Source: Pseudovirgaria hyperparasitica
Taxonomy: Eukaryota
DNA length: 64,000 nucleotides
Reading direction: 5' to 3' (one strand)
NCBI GenBank assembly: GCA_010093815.1
Contig: ML996566.1
A model generated the notes under the pieces. The model made no database searches. It was given only the letters and a program-made list of their open reading frames with translations, and was not told the DNA's origin. The translations under genes and the position numbers were made by a program. Shown here one piece after another: positions 49,601-56,623 of this stretch; within the stretch, counting starts at the first letter, position 1; each line of letters begins with the position of its first letter.

Positions 49601-52095
49601 CTGCCATCTGGATTGTACTTGACAAGATCGCCGGTCTTGTAAAGCTTACCGGCTCTGCCAACAGACGTGGTAGATGGACCACCTTGAAGCAGCCACCACG
49701 GGTCTTTGATAAACGATATATCAGTGCGCTCAGGATCGTGTAGGTATCCGCGACTGACGAGTGGTCCTTCTAGCCATAGCTCCCCAATTGCTCCTACAGG
49801 GCACAGCTGGTTGCCTTTGACAATCCAGGCATTACTTGCGATAGGGAAGCCTATCCCAGTTTCTCCATTCGCAAGTTGAGCACATGTAGTCGTGATGGTA
49901 GCTTCCGCAGGACCGTAGGTAATTACCATCTCAACATGATCTCGCCAATTTTCGAAGTCCTTGACCACAACTTTCTCGCCACCGAGATTGAGCTTCTTGA
50001 GACACGGGATCTTGGTTGGGTCTATCGTCCGAGCCACAGTGGGTGTGAGATGTACGTAAGAGGTACGATACTTCTGTATTGCCTGTTCCAGATCTTGACG
50101 GCGTTCGTCCTCCGATGGAACCACGAGACAAGCCCCGGTAACGAGTGTGTTGACGAAGTTCGACCAGGCCACATCAAAAGAATACGATGCAAAGTCGAGC
50201 ACTCGATCATCTTCTGCAAAAAGCTGTCGTTCTCGACCAGCCTGGACAAAAGTGCAGAGGTTGCTATGCGTTACCACAACACCTTTAGGTACGCCGGTAC
50301 TACCGGAGGTAAACTGAATGTACGCTGCGGTGGACAGATTCGTGGCAGAGAGCACAGCTGATAGAGTTGATCCTTGCTCGATGGTATCTCGATCAATGAT
50401 CATTACAGTACCTGCATGGGCAGAGTGTGCAAGTACATTGTTGTTGCTTGAAGCAAGTGCAACAACAGGTTGTGTCGTCCCCATCAGACGAGATAAACGC
50501 TCTATAGGTTGAGTAGTATCGACAGCGAGGCAGATCCCACCAGCTTTCATAACGGCAAGCATGGCCACTGGCATCCATACGGACTTTTCGAAGAGTAGCG
50601 GTACCACATTCTCAGCCGTCACACCTTGGGCGACTAGCTTCGTCGCTACTGTGTTCGATAACTCATCCAGTTGTCTATAAGTTAATTCGCCGTCCCAGGC
50701 ATGTATTGCGGTCGCGTCAGGCCGTCTTCGAGCAGTATCGGAGATCAAGTCGTGCACACATCTGTTATGGGACACAGGTACAGAGTCGTTCCATCGCCAT
50801 ATATCTACTAGATCGTCGTTGATAGCCACGTTGATGTTGCATATCATCTTTTCCTGGGATTGCGCAAGTTGATGTATTACTTGCGTGAGTTGCTGAAGAA
50901 TTCTTTTGACCTGCCATTCGGCGATGACGTTGCTGTCATACCAGGCGTCTATGTCAATGCCATCTTTTTCGAGAGAGCATTGAATCGTAAGAGCCTGGCT
51001 AGCGACTCCGTGATCAGCCTCTTGACGACGCCAGCTACCGATGGATGAGTCAAGTTTCATGGTGCTTTTTGAGGGCTGGACAATGAGTAGCGTTTGGAAT
51101 CCACTAGCAATACTGCCTTCTTCACTGACACGTGAGATACTGCGTAGACCCAGATGCTCGTAAGGTTTTGAGGTCTCGATCTTCGTTTGTGAGTATCTAA
51201 GAAGATCGTACACTCTGGTTTCGTCTGTCAACACCAGACGTGCAGGAAGTGTGGAGATTGTGCATCCCACAGTCGACTTCGGGACGAAGTCTCGCCCGGC
51301 AACGATAGTGCCGAAGCAAACATCATTCGTACCAGTATGGGTTGCAATAACTATAGCCAGCGCAGCTCGAATGAGTGCTGTTCTTGAGACACCTTCAACC
51401 TTGGGTATCGCCGGACAGAGATGACAACAAGTCGAGGTTGCCAGAGGCTTATATTCCTGAGTAGGTAATTCAGGGAAAATAACCGAGTCCAGCCCATCCA
51501 GTTCATCCTTCCAGAATTTTTGGGCATCTTCAATACTCCTTTCTTGCAAATTGGTGATAAAATTTCGGAAAGGTGGGACTTCTATAGCCGGCTTTCCATT
51601 ATATATTGAACAGACTGCTTTTGTCATGTTCTTGAAAGACCATCCGTCATAGATTGCGTGATGAATCGTCCACACAAAAGAGCGGTGGTTAGAGTGGGTG
51701 TTCACTATAAGCGAGTACCTAGCCAATGGCTCTCCAAGAGACCAAGTGAAAGACTTCGCGGCCTTAGCACATTCCTCGAAAGATTCGTAACGACTCCATT
51801 CAAACGAAGTGTCAAGGACCACCTGAATCAAGCCACTTTCCTCGGTATCGATGATTCGAGTTCGGAGAACATCTGTTAGGTTGACGTATTGCTCAACTGC
51901 TGACTGGAGAGTCGCTAGGTTGACTTCTGGGGACAAGTCTAGCACGATATGCCTAATCGGTGCTCGAGACCCCCGACTTGTTTGAGCAATGAAGCCCTCC
52001 TGCATAGCAGAGCAAGGAAAGCTGTCTTGTATAGCAGCAGGGCTACAGCCAAAAGCTTTGGCGAGCTCCTGAGCAGTTGGTGGTGATGAAGTCAT
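37606..52095 (-). CDS. Four-module nonribosomal peptide synthetase, C-A-T-C-A-T-C-A-T-C-A-T-E
   Basis: Single ORF. Four C motifs (HHAIYDG, HHAVYDG, HHALYDG, HHAVYDG), four A3 loops (FTSGSTG or FTSGTTG..PKG) and four PCP motifs (GGDSI, GGNSI, GGDSI, GGDSI). The C-terminal E domain has PLSPIQQWF, NHLVSD, EGHGRE and TVGWFT. Confidence 0.97.
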   Translation of the reverse strand: MTSSPPTAQELAKAFGCSPAAIQDSFPCSAMQEGFIAQTSRGSRAPIRHIVLDLSPEVNLATLQSAVEQYVNLTDVLRTRIIDTEESGLIQVVLDTSFEWSRYESFEECAKAAKSFTWSLGEPLARYSLIVNTHSNHRSFVWTIHHAIYDGWSFKNMTKAVCSIYNGKPAIEVPPFRNFITNLQERSIEDAQKFWKDELDGLDSVIFPELPTQEYKPLATSTCCHLCPAIPKVEGVSRTALIRAALAIVIATHTGTNDVCFGTIVAGRDFVPKSTVGCTISTLPARLVLTDETRVYDLLRYSQTKIETSKPYEHLGLRSISRVSEEGSIASGFQTLLIVQPSKSTMKLDSSIGSWRRQEADHGVASQALTIQCSLEKDGIDIDAWYDSNVIAEWQVKRILQQLTQVIHQLAQSQEKMICNINVAINDDLVDIWRWNDSVPVSHNRCVHDLISDTARRRPDATAIHAWDGELTYRQLDELSNTVATKLVAQGVTAENVVPLLFEKSVWMPVAMLAVMKAGGICLAVDTTQPIERLSRLMGTTQPVVALASSNNNVLAHSAHAGTVMIIDRDTIEQGSTLSAVLSATNLSTAAYIQFTSGSTGVPKGVVVTHSNLCTFVQAGRERQLFAEDDRVLDFASYSFDVAWSNFVNTLVTGACLVVPSEDERRQDLEQAIQKYRTSYVHLTPTVARTIDPTKIPCLKKLNLGGEKVVVKDFENWRDHVEMVITYGPAEATITTTCAQLANGETGIGFPIASNAWIVKGNQLCPVGAIGELWLEGPLVSRGYLHDPERTDISFIKDPWWLLQGGPSTTSVGRAGKLYKTGDLVKYNPDGSLVYIRRKDDSQVKIRGQRVELGEVEWHVRNAFLAEMNSRGMATNFLHITADSITLDGNKRSVLVAFISISSAQDAAPLPQEQQEEAIADMTDNVNNELRAKVPTYMIPSMYVSVSNLAVSVAGKLDRRKLRASLQGKTSQELDYKSKHSLRRIILPETAVETQLIALWAVILMREIDSISADDNFFRIGGDSIDAMRLVSLARKSGLYFNALDVFEHARVCDLATIASTAPPTMELEVTPFSLLPTNPIDVRETVSLLCNVTADCIEDVLPCTSSQSGLMALTARREGDYIAKFTYNVRSDVDMTRLQQAWNDTIATTPILRTRIVNTTGIGLVQVVLKNDESLALHLTENSANSLKSIGMLGQPLLFARINTNETDHVAKLEVQVHHAVYDGWSLPKIIARVGQLYARHCIPKSPSFATFVHHTVNLDPTKTMLFWETMFDGLNAQQFPSLPSPEYHPYPSHIYRYDLTLPRGKTIATSSIAIRAAWAILLASDTGSDEAVFSAVVSGRQAAITGIEDILGPTLNTVPLRIGTSAELTVAEILAQVQQQAVHMIPYEQTGLQNIRQASKEAQLACDSQSLLIVHPKKMIQSVRPLLDMHEDHNMEIGMSSSGGYGTHSLALDCFLRDDGMLLQVTFDPVVISEKQIKRLAQRFELILRQICSETNQATKIEDIRLVLDEDLNQIWDWNQTCPKYIDGNVRDIIASTISRRPDSLAVDAWDGKLTYTQLDALSTKLAVDLVHNYGVGPEVVVPLVFEKSMFTPIAMLAVLKAGGASVALDISQPEERLHSIINQVSNMKVLVCSASNRTLASKLSAGPVIIVENNTLQQPPQTMGSSMEWPSIQSKNALYIIFTSGTTGIPKGVVITHGNFATAAQECYMKDTLKFTEDHRIFDFASYAFDVSWSNFLNAFSSGATLCIPSEDDRRSDIGLAIAKFSATYVDLTPTVAKLLEPSSVPSLRVLNMGGEFICFEDFRHWFADAQVLVTYGPSEVTICTTCLPIDQSSHQSEGIGHNFGTNAWIVNARGDALCPVGTVGELWLEGPFVGRGYLNNPEKTNAVFVEDPPWLLKGGPNRIGRRGRLYRTGDLVRYNDNGGLVFIGRRDQQTKIRGQRIELGEVEHHIKAVLQQELDQDESHIKTTTQINVMAEAVMLKGSSQVSLVAFINLKQGVGTSWTTYEHDAAVKILVRRLESQLRQRVPVYMIPTACIPLHEIALTATGKADKKKLQQLASSLTLDEITAEKLSSRELRQPVTSKEIQLAALWAEVLGRDKTQISIDDDFFQIGGNSIDAMRVVSAAQRQGIKVTVAQIFRTPQLSQLAAVARDKEPPLPVSKDPEPFSLLNSSNCLEEVVIKAASLCNVRAADIEDILPCTPLQEGLLALTARREGDYVATFSYELRSHVDLSRLGDAWNKVVAHIPILRTYIVNLPGEGMSQVILSSGEALEFLEKTPENYPGLSTEILGRPLSKATVLTNGENDGTFVWQIHHALYDGWSVSKIFDALVETYEGKSFPAIAPFGRFVKHITSIEGQDSFWKAQFDGLDAQTYPRLPSTDYYPQATEINRQCINLSDSTTKSHFTMATFLRATWAFLVASDSASNEAVFGAICSGRQATEIVGIEDIIGPTLATVPVRIKLEREQTVKHYLSQVQEQMVQLVPYEQTGLQRIRKASDDAEEACRFQSLLTINPAENTTSGTEIFKVSKSPTDGPVSSNANGFGSYAITIDCFLQASNSFEIQIAVDPQVVRPTEVDRIFARFESVLKQLKSGEHISVPLSSVIATSSADLDTIWKWNGQVPLPVDKCVHQLIAQSVRNRPDHVAVCAWDGQLTYTELDALSTQLAAHLIHLIDPESIVPLLFEKSYWTPVAMLAVMKAGGASVALDVNQPLERLRGIVRQVDPKVLLSSKRRSNVGEEIFPRGQVIIAEHVAALPVPPGSLGSETRVQPDNALYVVFTSGTTGTPKGITITHRNFSTAIRDGHKALCITEDARILDFASYAFDVSWSNVLNAFTAGATLCIPSEDERNDPAVAIARYDATWVELTPTVSKLFHPSAVPSLKVINLSGEAVLAEEFLEWTDSATLLVTYGPSECTITTTVARIDPKRNDPLDIGHALETCTWVVNRGELCPVGAIGELWLEGPLVGRGYLNNAEKTTSAFVTDPEWLLRGSASHPGRSGRLYRTGDLVRYNPNNKGGLIYCGRIDSQVKIRGQRVELDDVSVNVRNILMETALEICTSNAAEELTSEDCSLLDRGSAAITQIHVTSEAIVLLGSTRPSLISFVTLLRDDDNTWTEDEHNQVIYQLLKGIDQKIVGRVPAYMIPAAYVPMCSLTTATTGKTDRRKLRDSLAQMTLEQVIEPFETCHYVAPQSSTETELAALWSEVLGLEVSQISAADHFFYIGGDSIDAMRLVSMARERGYTLNVPVIFQKPRLCDLAQVLVMTTESVELTIQPFSLLQDITNAAGLRLEAARLCDTAEDQIEDIIPCTPLQKGLLALTERRKGDYIADFHYKLRPGVDVSRFKKAWEATVLSNPILRTRILTLDSEGTVQVVLKEERIFETNELQSGFVRQGSPLHASEIRADSTTGSKTFVLWLHHAVYDGWCLPMIIQAVETAYNQDGSLHLARYPFSGFVRYIQNIDKESQHEYWAHQFGGLDIQQFPQLPSPNYHPHSRMQYRRNTDFMLPVPAEFTLSTVIRAAWALVAAKDSDSSQAVFGAVVSGRQAAVPGVESMVGPTIATVPVRVSLQMDASVETLLKQIQDQSACMVPFEQTGLQSIRQTNHEAMQACDFQSLIVVQPGTDLDISSDIFEKIEEENTSDEEQFTSTEGFGTFALMVDFVLARNSLQILAAFDPAVLNEQAVRRLFGRFELVLRQVCTTEYRHTALSAIRTVTDQDLSQIWQWNEELPPALDDRIPERIAATVARYPHAIAVEAWDGSMTYTELDHWSTQVAIKLLEYGVRSGITVPLLFEKSMWMSVAMVAVVKAGGIGVGLDVTQPRERLSSITDQLNIIVTLTSDKNQQLSRRVGDFPAVVVSHDAIKSCPVGSFETPAGNSTDDLCVVFTSGSTGKPKGVPLTHRNFVTAIDCHIQTFGISSSSRIYDFASYSFDFAWSNLLLTMFSGCCLCVPNETERRDDPVSSMARFGVTFGFFTPALVQTFTPELLPTLQTLLVGGEKFRAQDLPKFGQSCEIWLVYGPSECTVLATSASLREIKDQQYTIGRGMATNTWIVSGEQLCPIGTVGELWLEGPLTGRGYYNNDEKTKEAFIDDPEWLARGAPGHSGRRGRLYKTGDLVKYESDGSILYVARKDSQVKVRGQRVELGEVDAHVTAALKKAIIITKETVLEPSSNEDEQSYTGSSGSSDSGYQTEDSPQPLDCNITVISEVVTLKGSTNSTLVSFINRRNKNCTLLPKDHVEAVRVLAKGIEDRLSEKVPAYMIPSAFIPLHTIPMTTTGKFDRKRLREIASKLTASDLLESERSRSSRYASTATEVILESIWKTVLNNSEALDVDTDFFRMGGDSITAMQVAAAARSQGLSVAVGDIQTQRTIAKLAATCQSKARLISKIENMEEKTEIAFPLSPIQQWFVDEHPEGNICFDICFFLELSRDFSTETLQQALAKVVSRHSMLRARFQKHTVSGVWTQRITNETDSSFKLTSVSDCPEDGLPGIFAKCRDAVDIEIGPLTSAVHIQDSGRQHLFLAINHLVSDLVSFRVIFQDLEDILSGKDTTPVHSLGFQEWVGRQHKGAQMLEPSKTLNYTLEAQRFDYWNLTAAEVGLSSYTHRKFVLQADATSALLEWVNDIFDSKPMDLMMAALMHAFGIVFPDRTLPSVYTEGHGREPLDVSSDLSQTVGWFTTMYPIQLQCHSAADLRGMITHTTQRIQNVPQKGWAYFASRYLHPLGKSYFNYEGMEMNFNFLGSFQQLERTDSLFKRVRVPPGNDPESAKKVKGLAVFEVTSCVRQGLMEFDFLIDNRVPQWEQVERWIELSKETLLRIVDEADRLREAVVTV

Positions 52096-53301
52096 TGTTA
52101 GACAAGATTTTATCACCAAAAAGGAGAAGCTGAGACTTGGTCAGTGCAATGCTCATATCACATGGTCTTTGGACGTTGTGGAATGAGACTCCTACGAATA
52201 TTTGATTGATCCAGCTGAGAGCTAATCTGCTACACTCTGTCGTAATGGCGCGAAGGATCTGGGGATTGTGGAAAGAAACAGAAACAGCTATGCAATGTGA
52301 TGTTGCTGTTTGTGATCACGAGAAATCTCAAGCCTCATATAAACGGTCCACGCTGCACCTATAGAAGGACAGTGACCTAGCAACGTTACATCGGAAAATG
52401 CTCCTACCGCCATACGATAGGAAGGTTGGGGTCTATTCGTGCCATTGTAAGCAATACTTGTTGCACCGAAATTCTCATTCGTCGATGTTGGTCGGAATCC
52501 TTTCAAGCAACGTTGGAACATCCACTGCCGGCATGATGCCAAGCCAAAAGGCCATCGGAGAAGGAGAGCAGGAATGCCTGCTGCACTATAATCATGAATT
52601 AGCATAGTAGTGACCAAGCTTCAAGCAAGCACCTGCACCAGTAGGACATTGAGTTCCTGGCTCCGTGGTAAGCCACAAGTTACTCCATTCGGGAAATGGT
52701 GACCAACAGACAATACAACTATTAGTGTCCAAAGATGTGGAGCAATTTCTGAAGCTCTTGCAGGTGAGAACTAATTTGTCCAAGTAGCAAGCGTCTAGAG
52801 GACACGCGGATGAACTCTGTGAATTCCTATGGTCAGCGTTGTAGTCCCGATTTCGATACAGGCATAAGATAAAAAAATTCAAAACGGCCGAGCCGAAGTT
52901 ACAGACTCATTACAAGCAGCCACTTTGCTTCGCGCAGCTACCGGTCTTTGTGTCTTACTAGGAACTATTACTCATATTCTGAGACAGTGTCGGCTGAGAT
53001 CCAATGGTAATGCTAACTCGTTCGTTGTGCTAATGTTAATCACTATACAGGAGTTAAAGCCGAAATACCACCTGCATGACCACTGATCAGTAACCGCTTA
53101 CGTGAGTAAATGCCATGTACGGCACGGTCCATGTGCAATCCCTGCATGATGAGGTTAACGGCGTGTCCTAATGCAAGGTCAAGCGCAGAGCCGCAGCCAC
53201 ATATTCAGCCGCAAGCTTTGATATAATACAGCTCAATAATACAAAGCTAGTAATGAGTTGCAACTTTTTTCCTACTCCATTTGCTCTTGGAGGCGTAACT
53301 A

Positions 53302-53324
53302 AGTACGTGATTTTATCACGTGCT
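53302..53324. promoter_or_regulatory. Near-perfect palindrome carrying two ACGT/E-box cores upstream of the NRPS
   Basis: AGTACGTGAT-TTT-ATCACGTGCT. A further TCACGTGAT lies at 56435-56443, between the two transporter genes. Confidence 0.4.
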
Positions 53325-54361
53325 CAGCGCTTACGTCTTAGCTCCAGATGACATCTGTCAACCTAACGCGTAAGAGCGTAATTACTGTAGGTCCATCGGA
53401 TCTTAATCAGGGTCCAAGATCAGCAGGATCGGCAGTGAGTATTTATGACCTATATTATATGAACACTAATTACTATTGCCTACTTGTACGACTGACTACG
53501 ATGATATGCTTTTGTATAACACAGGTTGCAGAGTACAAGATGATCCAGGTGTGGGTGTGTGCTAGACTCACCGCTTGGGTGATGATACCTTGTTGAAGTG
53601 TATGTTAACAGTGGGTTTGCTGACTTGGATATTCCCACCCCCCTCTCCCCCAAAAAAAAAGCCTGCGGGGAGTGGGTCGCAAGCAGGAGACCTAGAGAGC
53701 GTCCTGTAAGCGAAACTAAGGATCTTTAACTCCACTGCTCGTGACGAGTCAGCTGGATTCAGCCATTGACAATGAACCGGTAATGTGCTGGTTTCTGCGA
53801 CTCTGACCGCGCTTTTGAAAATAGTTGAGCCTCCAGAGCTGGGATCTATCACTGTGAAAGCAGTAGGACCAAGGCGTCTTGGAATGTTTAGAGCATCGCC
53901 TTAAGAAGGCCATGGCGTTGCGAGGACCAAGCCGGCATACTTAATCCAGTAGATTGAGCGACTAGCAAGTCGTAGTGTCTGCTAAGAGCTACTAATCGAC
54001 TGGACACGATTTGATACCTTGACCATGATTGGAGAAACCACATACCTAGAAACCCTCCATTTCGTAAGCCTATTCCAACTAGATGCCGGCGTATTAGTAT
54101 TGAAACCCCTGTTGGTCACATTTCAAATCTGCAATGTATTTGACGCAAGTGGGGAAAATGGCCCCGGCACGAACCTAAGTTGCAGCGTGCATATTAGTGC
54201 TACCGGTACCCAGGTGTGTATGATACTAAAAGTTGGAATGAATAGTAATGCGGTTCTCGAGTCTCAGTTGCGCATAAGTCGGACCTGGAAAGCTGTCGGC
54301 TCAACGCCATAATGTTTGAATGCTGATTTCCTGCTAAGAATCTGGTGCGTAGGTTGTTGGT

Positions 54362-55996
54362 TCAGTGTGTTTTGACGGTAAAAAGTAGTCCGCCACATAT
54401 CACAGACCATAGCCCTATCAAATCAAAGGGCATTCCCACCCAAAAAGTACCATGTCTCATACCCCACCCAAATGCTGCAGCCAGTATTGGAGCTCCAAGC
54501 ATCGATCCAACAATGTCTATAACGCTGATGACACTAAACAATGTTGCTAGGCGGCTGCTCGGAACAAGGGACGCTGCGAGGCTCCGCAGAAAAAGAGCAG
54601 TGCCACTACCTAGAGTACTCACCGTCATGCTAACAGCTACAAACAAAGTGTTCGTTGCCATTCCCGTTCCAGTCCAGCCTGCAGCTTGCAGGAAGATGGA
54701 GACTCGAGCAAGGTATAGATCCTTAACTTGCGTGCTCCATCTTTGTTCTCGCGTCATATACGTTGACAGGCGTGGTAATACCACAAGGAATAGCAGAATG
54801 CTACAACCAGCTCGGAGAGAAAAGAAAAGTGTTGCCTGTGAGATTGTGAAACCGAGGCGGCGGCTCAAAAATTGCACCTGCAGCTGGGAGGTTCCTGAGA
54901 TCAATAAATGCTCGGTGTACGGCAACAGAATGATCATTAAGGTCCAGTACTTGAACACGAAGTTCTTGGTCTGTTGCAGCCACGAATCTTCATAGACACT
55001 TGAGTCGTCGGTAATTTGTTCTCTGTTGGGTGTGCAAGGCTGGGTTTGAGGATATTCAGTCCCTGTTTCCATCAGACACTCGTTGCACGCCGGAGACGTG
55101 TTTATTATGTCTTGTGCCTCGTGAGGGTCATGCTCTTGATTTTTCAACGTCTCTGGAACGAACATGGCCAGAAATAGAGCGACCAGAAGAAATAAAAGAC
55201 CTGCGGAACTAGGGAGCCAAGGGCTAACTCGCATAGACCATGCGGACAGCGGTGGGATTAGTAACAATGGGAATAGAGACGCTGCTCCGAGGCGGAAGAA
55301 CGCGTTTGTCTGTTCTTCTTGCGGCGTCACATCTGATACAACCACAAATATGAGGTTGTAGAGGACCGTAGTACTTCCAGCGAAAAGACCGTTCAAAGAT
55401 GATAGTAGGGTCCAATAAATGCTTTGTTGTTGCCAGAACCAGCACACGTACTCGTACCAGACCCATCGTGCAAGAGACGAGACAAAGCCTGATATTAAGA
55501 AAGGTTTCCGTCCAAACTTATCGGCTGCCATTCCAAAGGGGAGGGCAAGAAGAAGGCTCATAAGGCTATCGAATATTTGTTGATATGAAGCCAAATTCGC
55601 CATGTCTGACTGAATGGCGTCGACTTTGCACCAGGACTCATCAACACCATTCACGGCACCTGCGGCAACCGTGTCTCTCCCATGGAGAATCTTGCTGGGG
55701 TCATACTTTTCGTAGAACCTATAGCAGAATATAGACTCCACGATACGGGTTCTGGGGGCTTCAATCAGTTGCTCGCCGCAGACTTGCAAGAAGACAATAG
55801 CGAACAGTAGAACAAGGGTTCGCCTTGGCCTATCTCGAATCTTTATATCATCGGGCTTGAACACCCCTGCCGTGCCAGACTGTTCATTGGACGATAGTAA
55901 TATGCTGGACTCTGTAGGTTCCTCGAGTTGGTGCTGTACTCTTCTTCTGGAAGATTTATGGACGCTAGTGTGCCTGACTGAGTTGATGTGCACCAT
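54362..55996 (-). CDS. MFS transporter (cluster-associated efflux pump type)
   Basis: EAPRTRIVESIFC...WCKVDAIQS, MFS motif A (GMAADKFGRK) and about 12 hydrophobic segments. The first in-frame ATG is at 55996. Confidence 0.88.
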   Translation of the reverse strand: MVHINSVRHTSVHKSSRRRVQHQLEEPTESSILLSSNEQSGTAGVFKPDDIKIRDRPRRTLVLLFAIVFLQVCGEQLIEAPRTRIVESIFCYRFYEKYDPSKILHGRDTVAAGAVNGVDESWCKVDAIQSDMANLASYQQIFDSLMSLLLALPFGMAADKFGRKPFLISGFVSSLARWVWYEYVCWFWQQQSIYWTLLSSLNGLFAGSTTVLYNLIFVVVSDVTPQEEQTNAFFRLGAASLFPLLLIPPLSAWSMRVSPWLPSSAGLLFLLVALFLAMFVPETLKNQEHDPHEAQDIINTSPACNECLMETGTEYPQTQPCTPNREQITDDSSVYEDSWLQQTKNFVFKYWTLMIILLPYTEHLLISGTSQLQVQFLSRRLGFTISQATLFFSLRAGCSILLFLVVLPRLSTYMTREQRWSTQVKDLYLARVSIFLQAAGWTGTGMATNTLFVAVSMTVSTLGSGTALFLRSLAASLVPSSRLATLFSVISVIDIVGSMLGAPILAAAFGWGMRHGTFWVGMPFDLIGLWSVICGGLLFTVKTH

Positions 55997-56623
55997 GACC
56001 TTACTTTCGACTGGTTTAAGGGCAGGAGGCGATAGGTTTTGCGACAAAAGGGTTGCCTAACACAGCATAGAATTCATGAGAGTGATAGGGTTCGATAGCA
56101 AATGCCTCCGGAGCTCCTTTGTAGTTGCACTGTGGTGACTGTGAGTCTGTGCCCTCACGAACGTTCGAGGGTTTAAGGGATTATGCAGATTAGTTAGTCC
56201 CTGTGAAGGATCACGCTATGTTATAGCCACCCTCGCACCGCGATTTACGCTAGGGACCAGCCGACAGCCTTGGCGTTCCGAACTCTATGGATCCTTCAAT
56301 AGGCCCCCAAGTAGGTGCCGGCGTTTGCACCTGCCCGGCTTACGGATTCCAACATAACAATGAACACCTGCAGACTGCGATGCTACCGTAGCAAATGCAC
56401 CACGATTTTACCACATCTTAGCTCAATATCAAACTCACGTGATATGTGAAGAAGGATGGGGGTTTGGTTTGGCACCCTAGACTCGACATGATCTCTGCGT
56501 TCTTCCTGCGGTCCCTCTGGAATGACTTGTGGGCATCCGGATGCTTATTTGTCCTCAAGAAGACGGTTTTTTAACGAGTATCCAGAAAGATCGAAACCTT
56601 CTAGTCTGAGGAATCATTTCACA

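Noticed and set aside
37606..52095. HC-toxin/apicidin-type HDAC-inhibitor cluster
   Set aside because: The domain order differs, and no fatty-acid synthase, aminotransferase or P450 genes for the Aeo/Aoda residue are present.
52288..54312. Short ORFs in the NRPS-MFS spacer, including the Cys-containing 52592-52882
   Set aside because: Most lack an ATG start, and none shows a signal peptide or recognisable motif. They are consistent with chance ORFs in promoter DNA.
54362..55996. RiPP (dikaritin) cluster suggested by the exporter type
   Set aside because: No repetitive Kex2-processed precursor or DUF3328 gene was seen.
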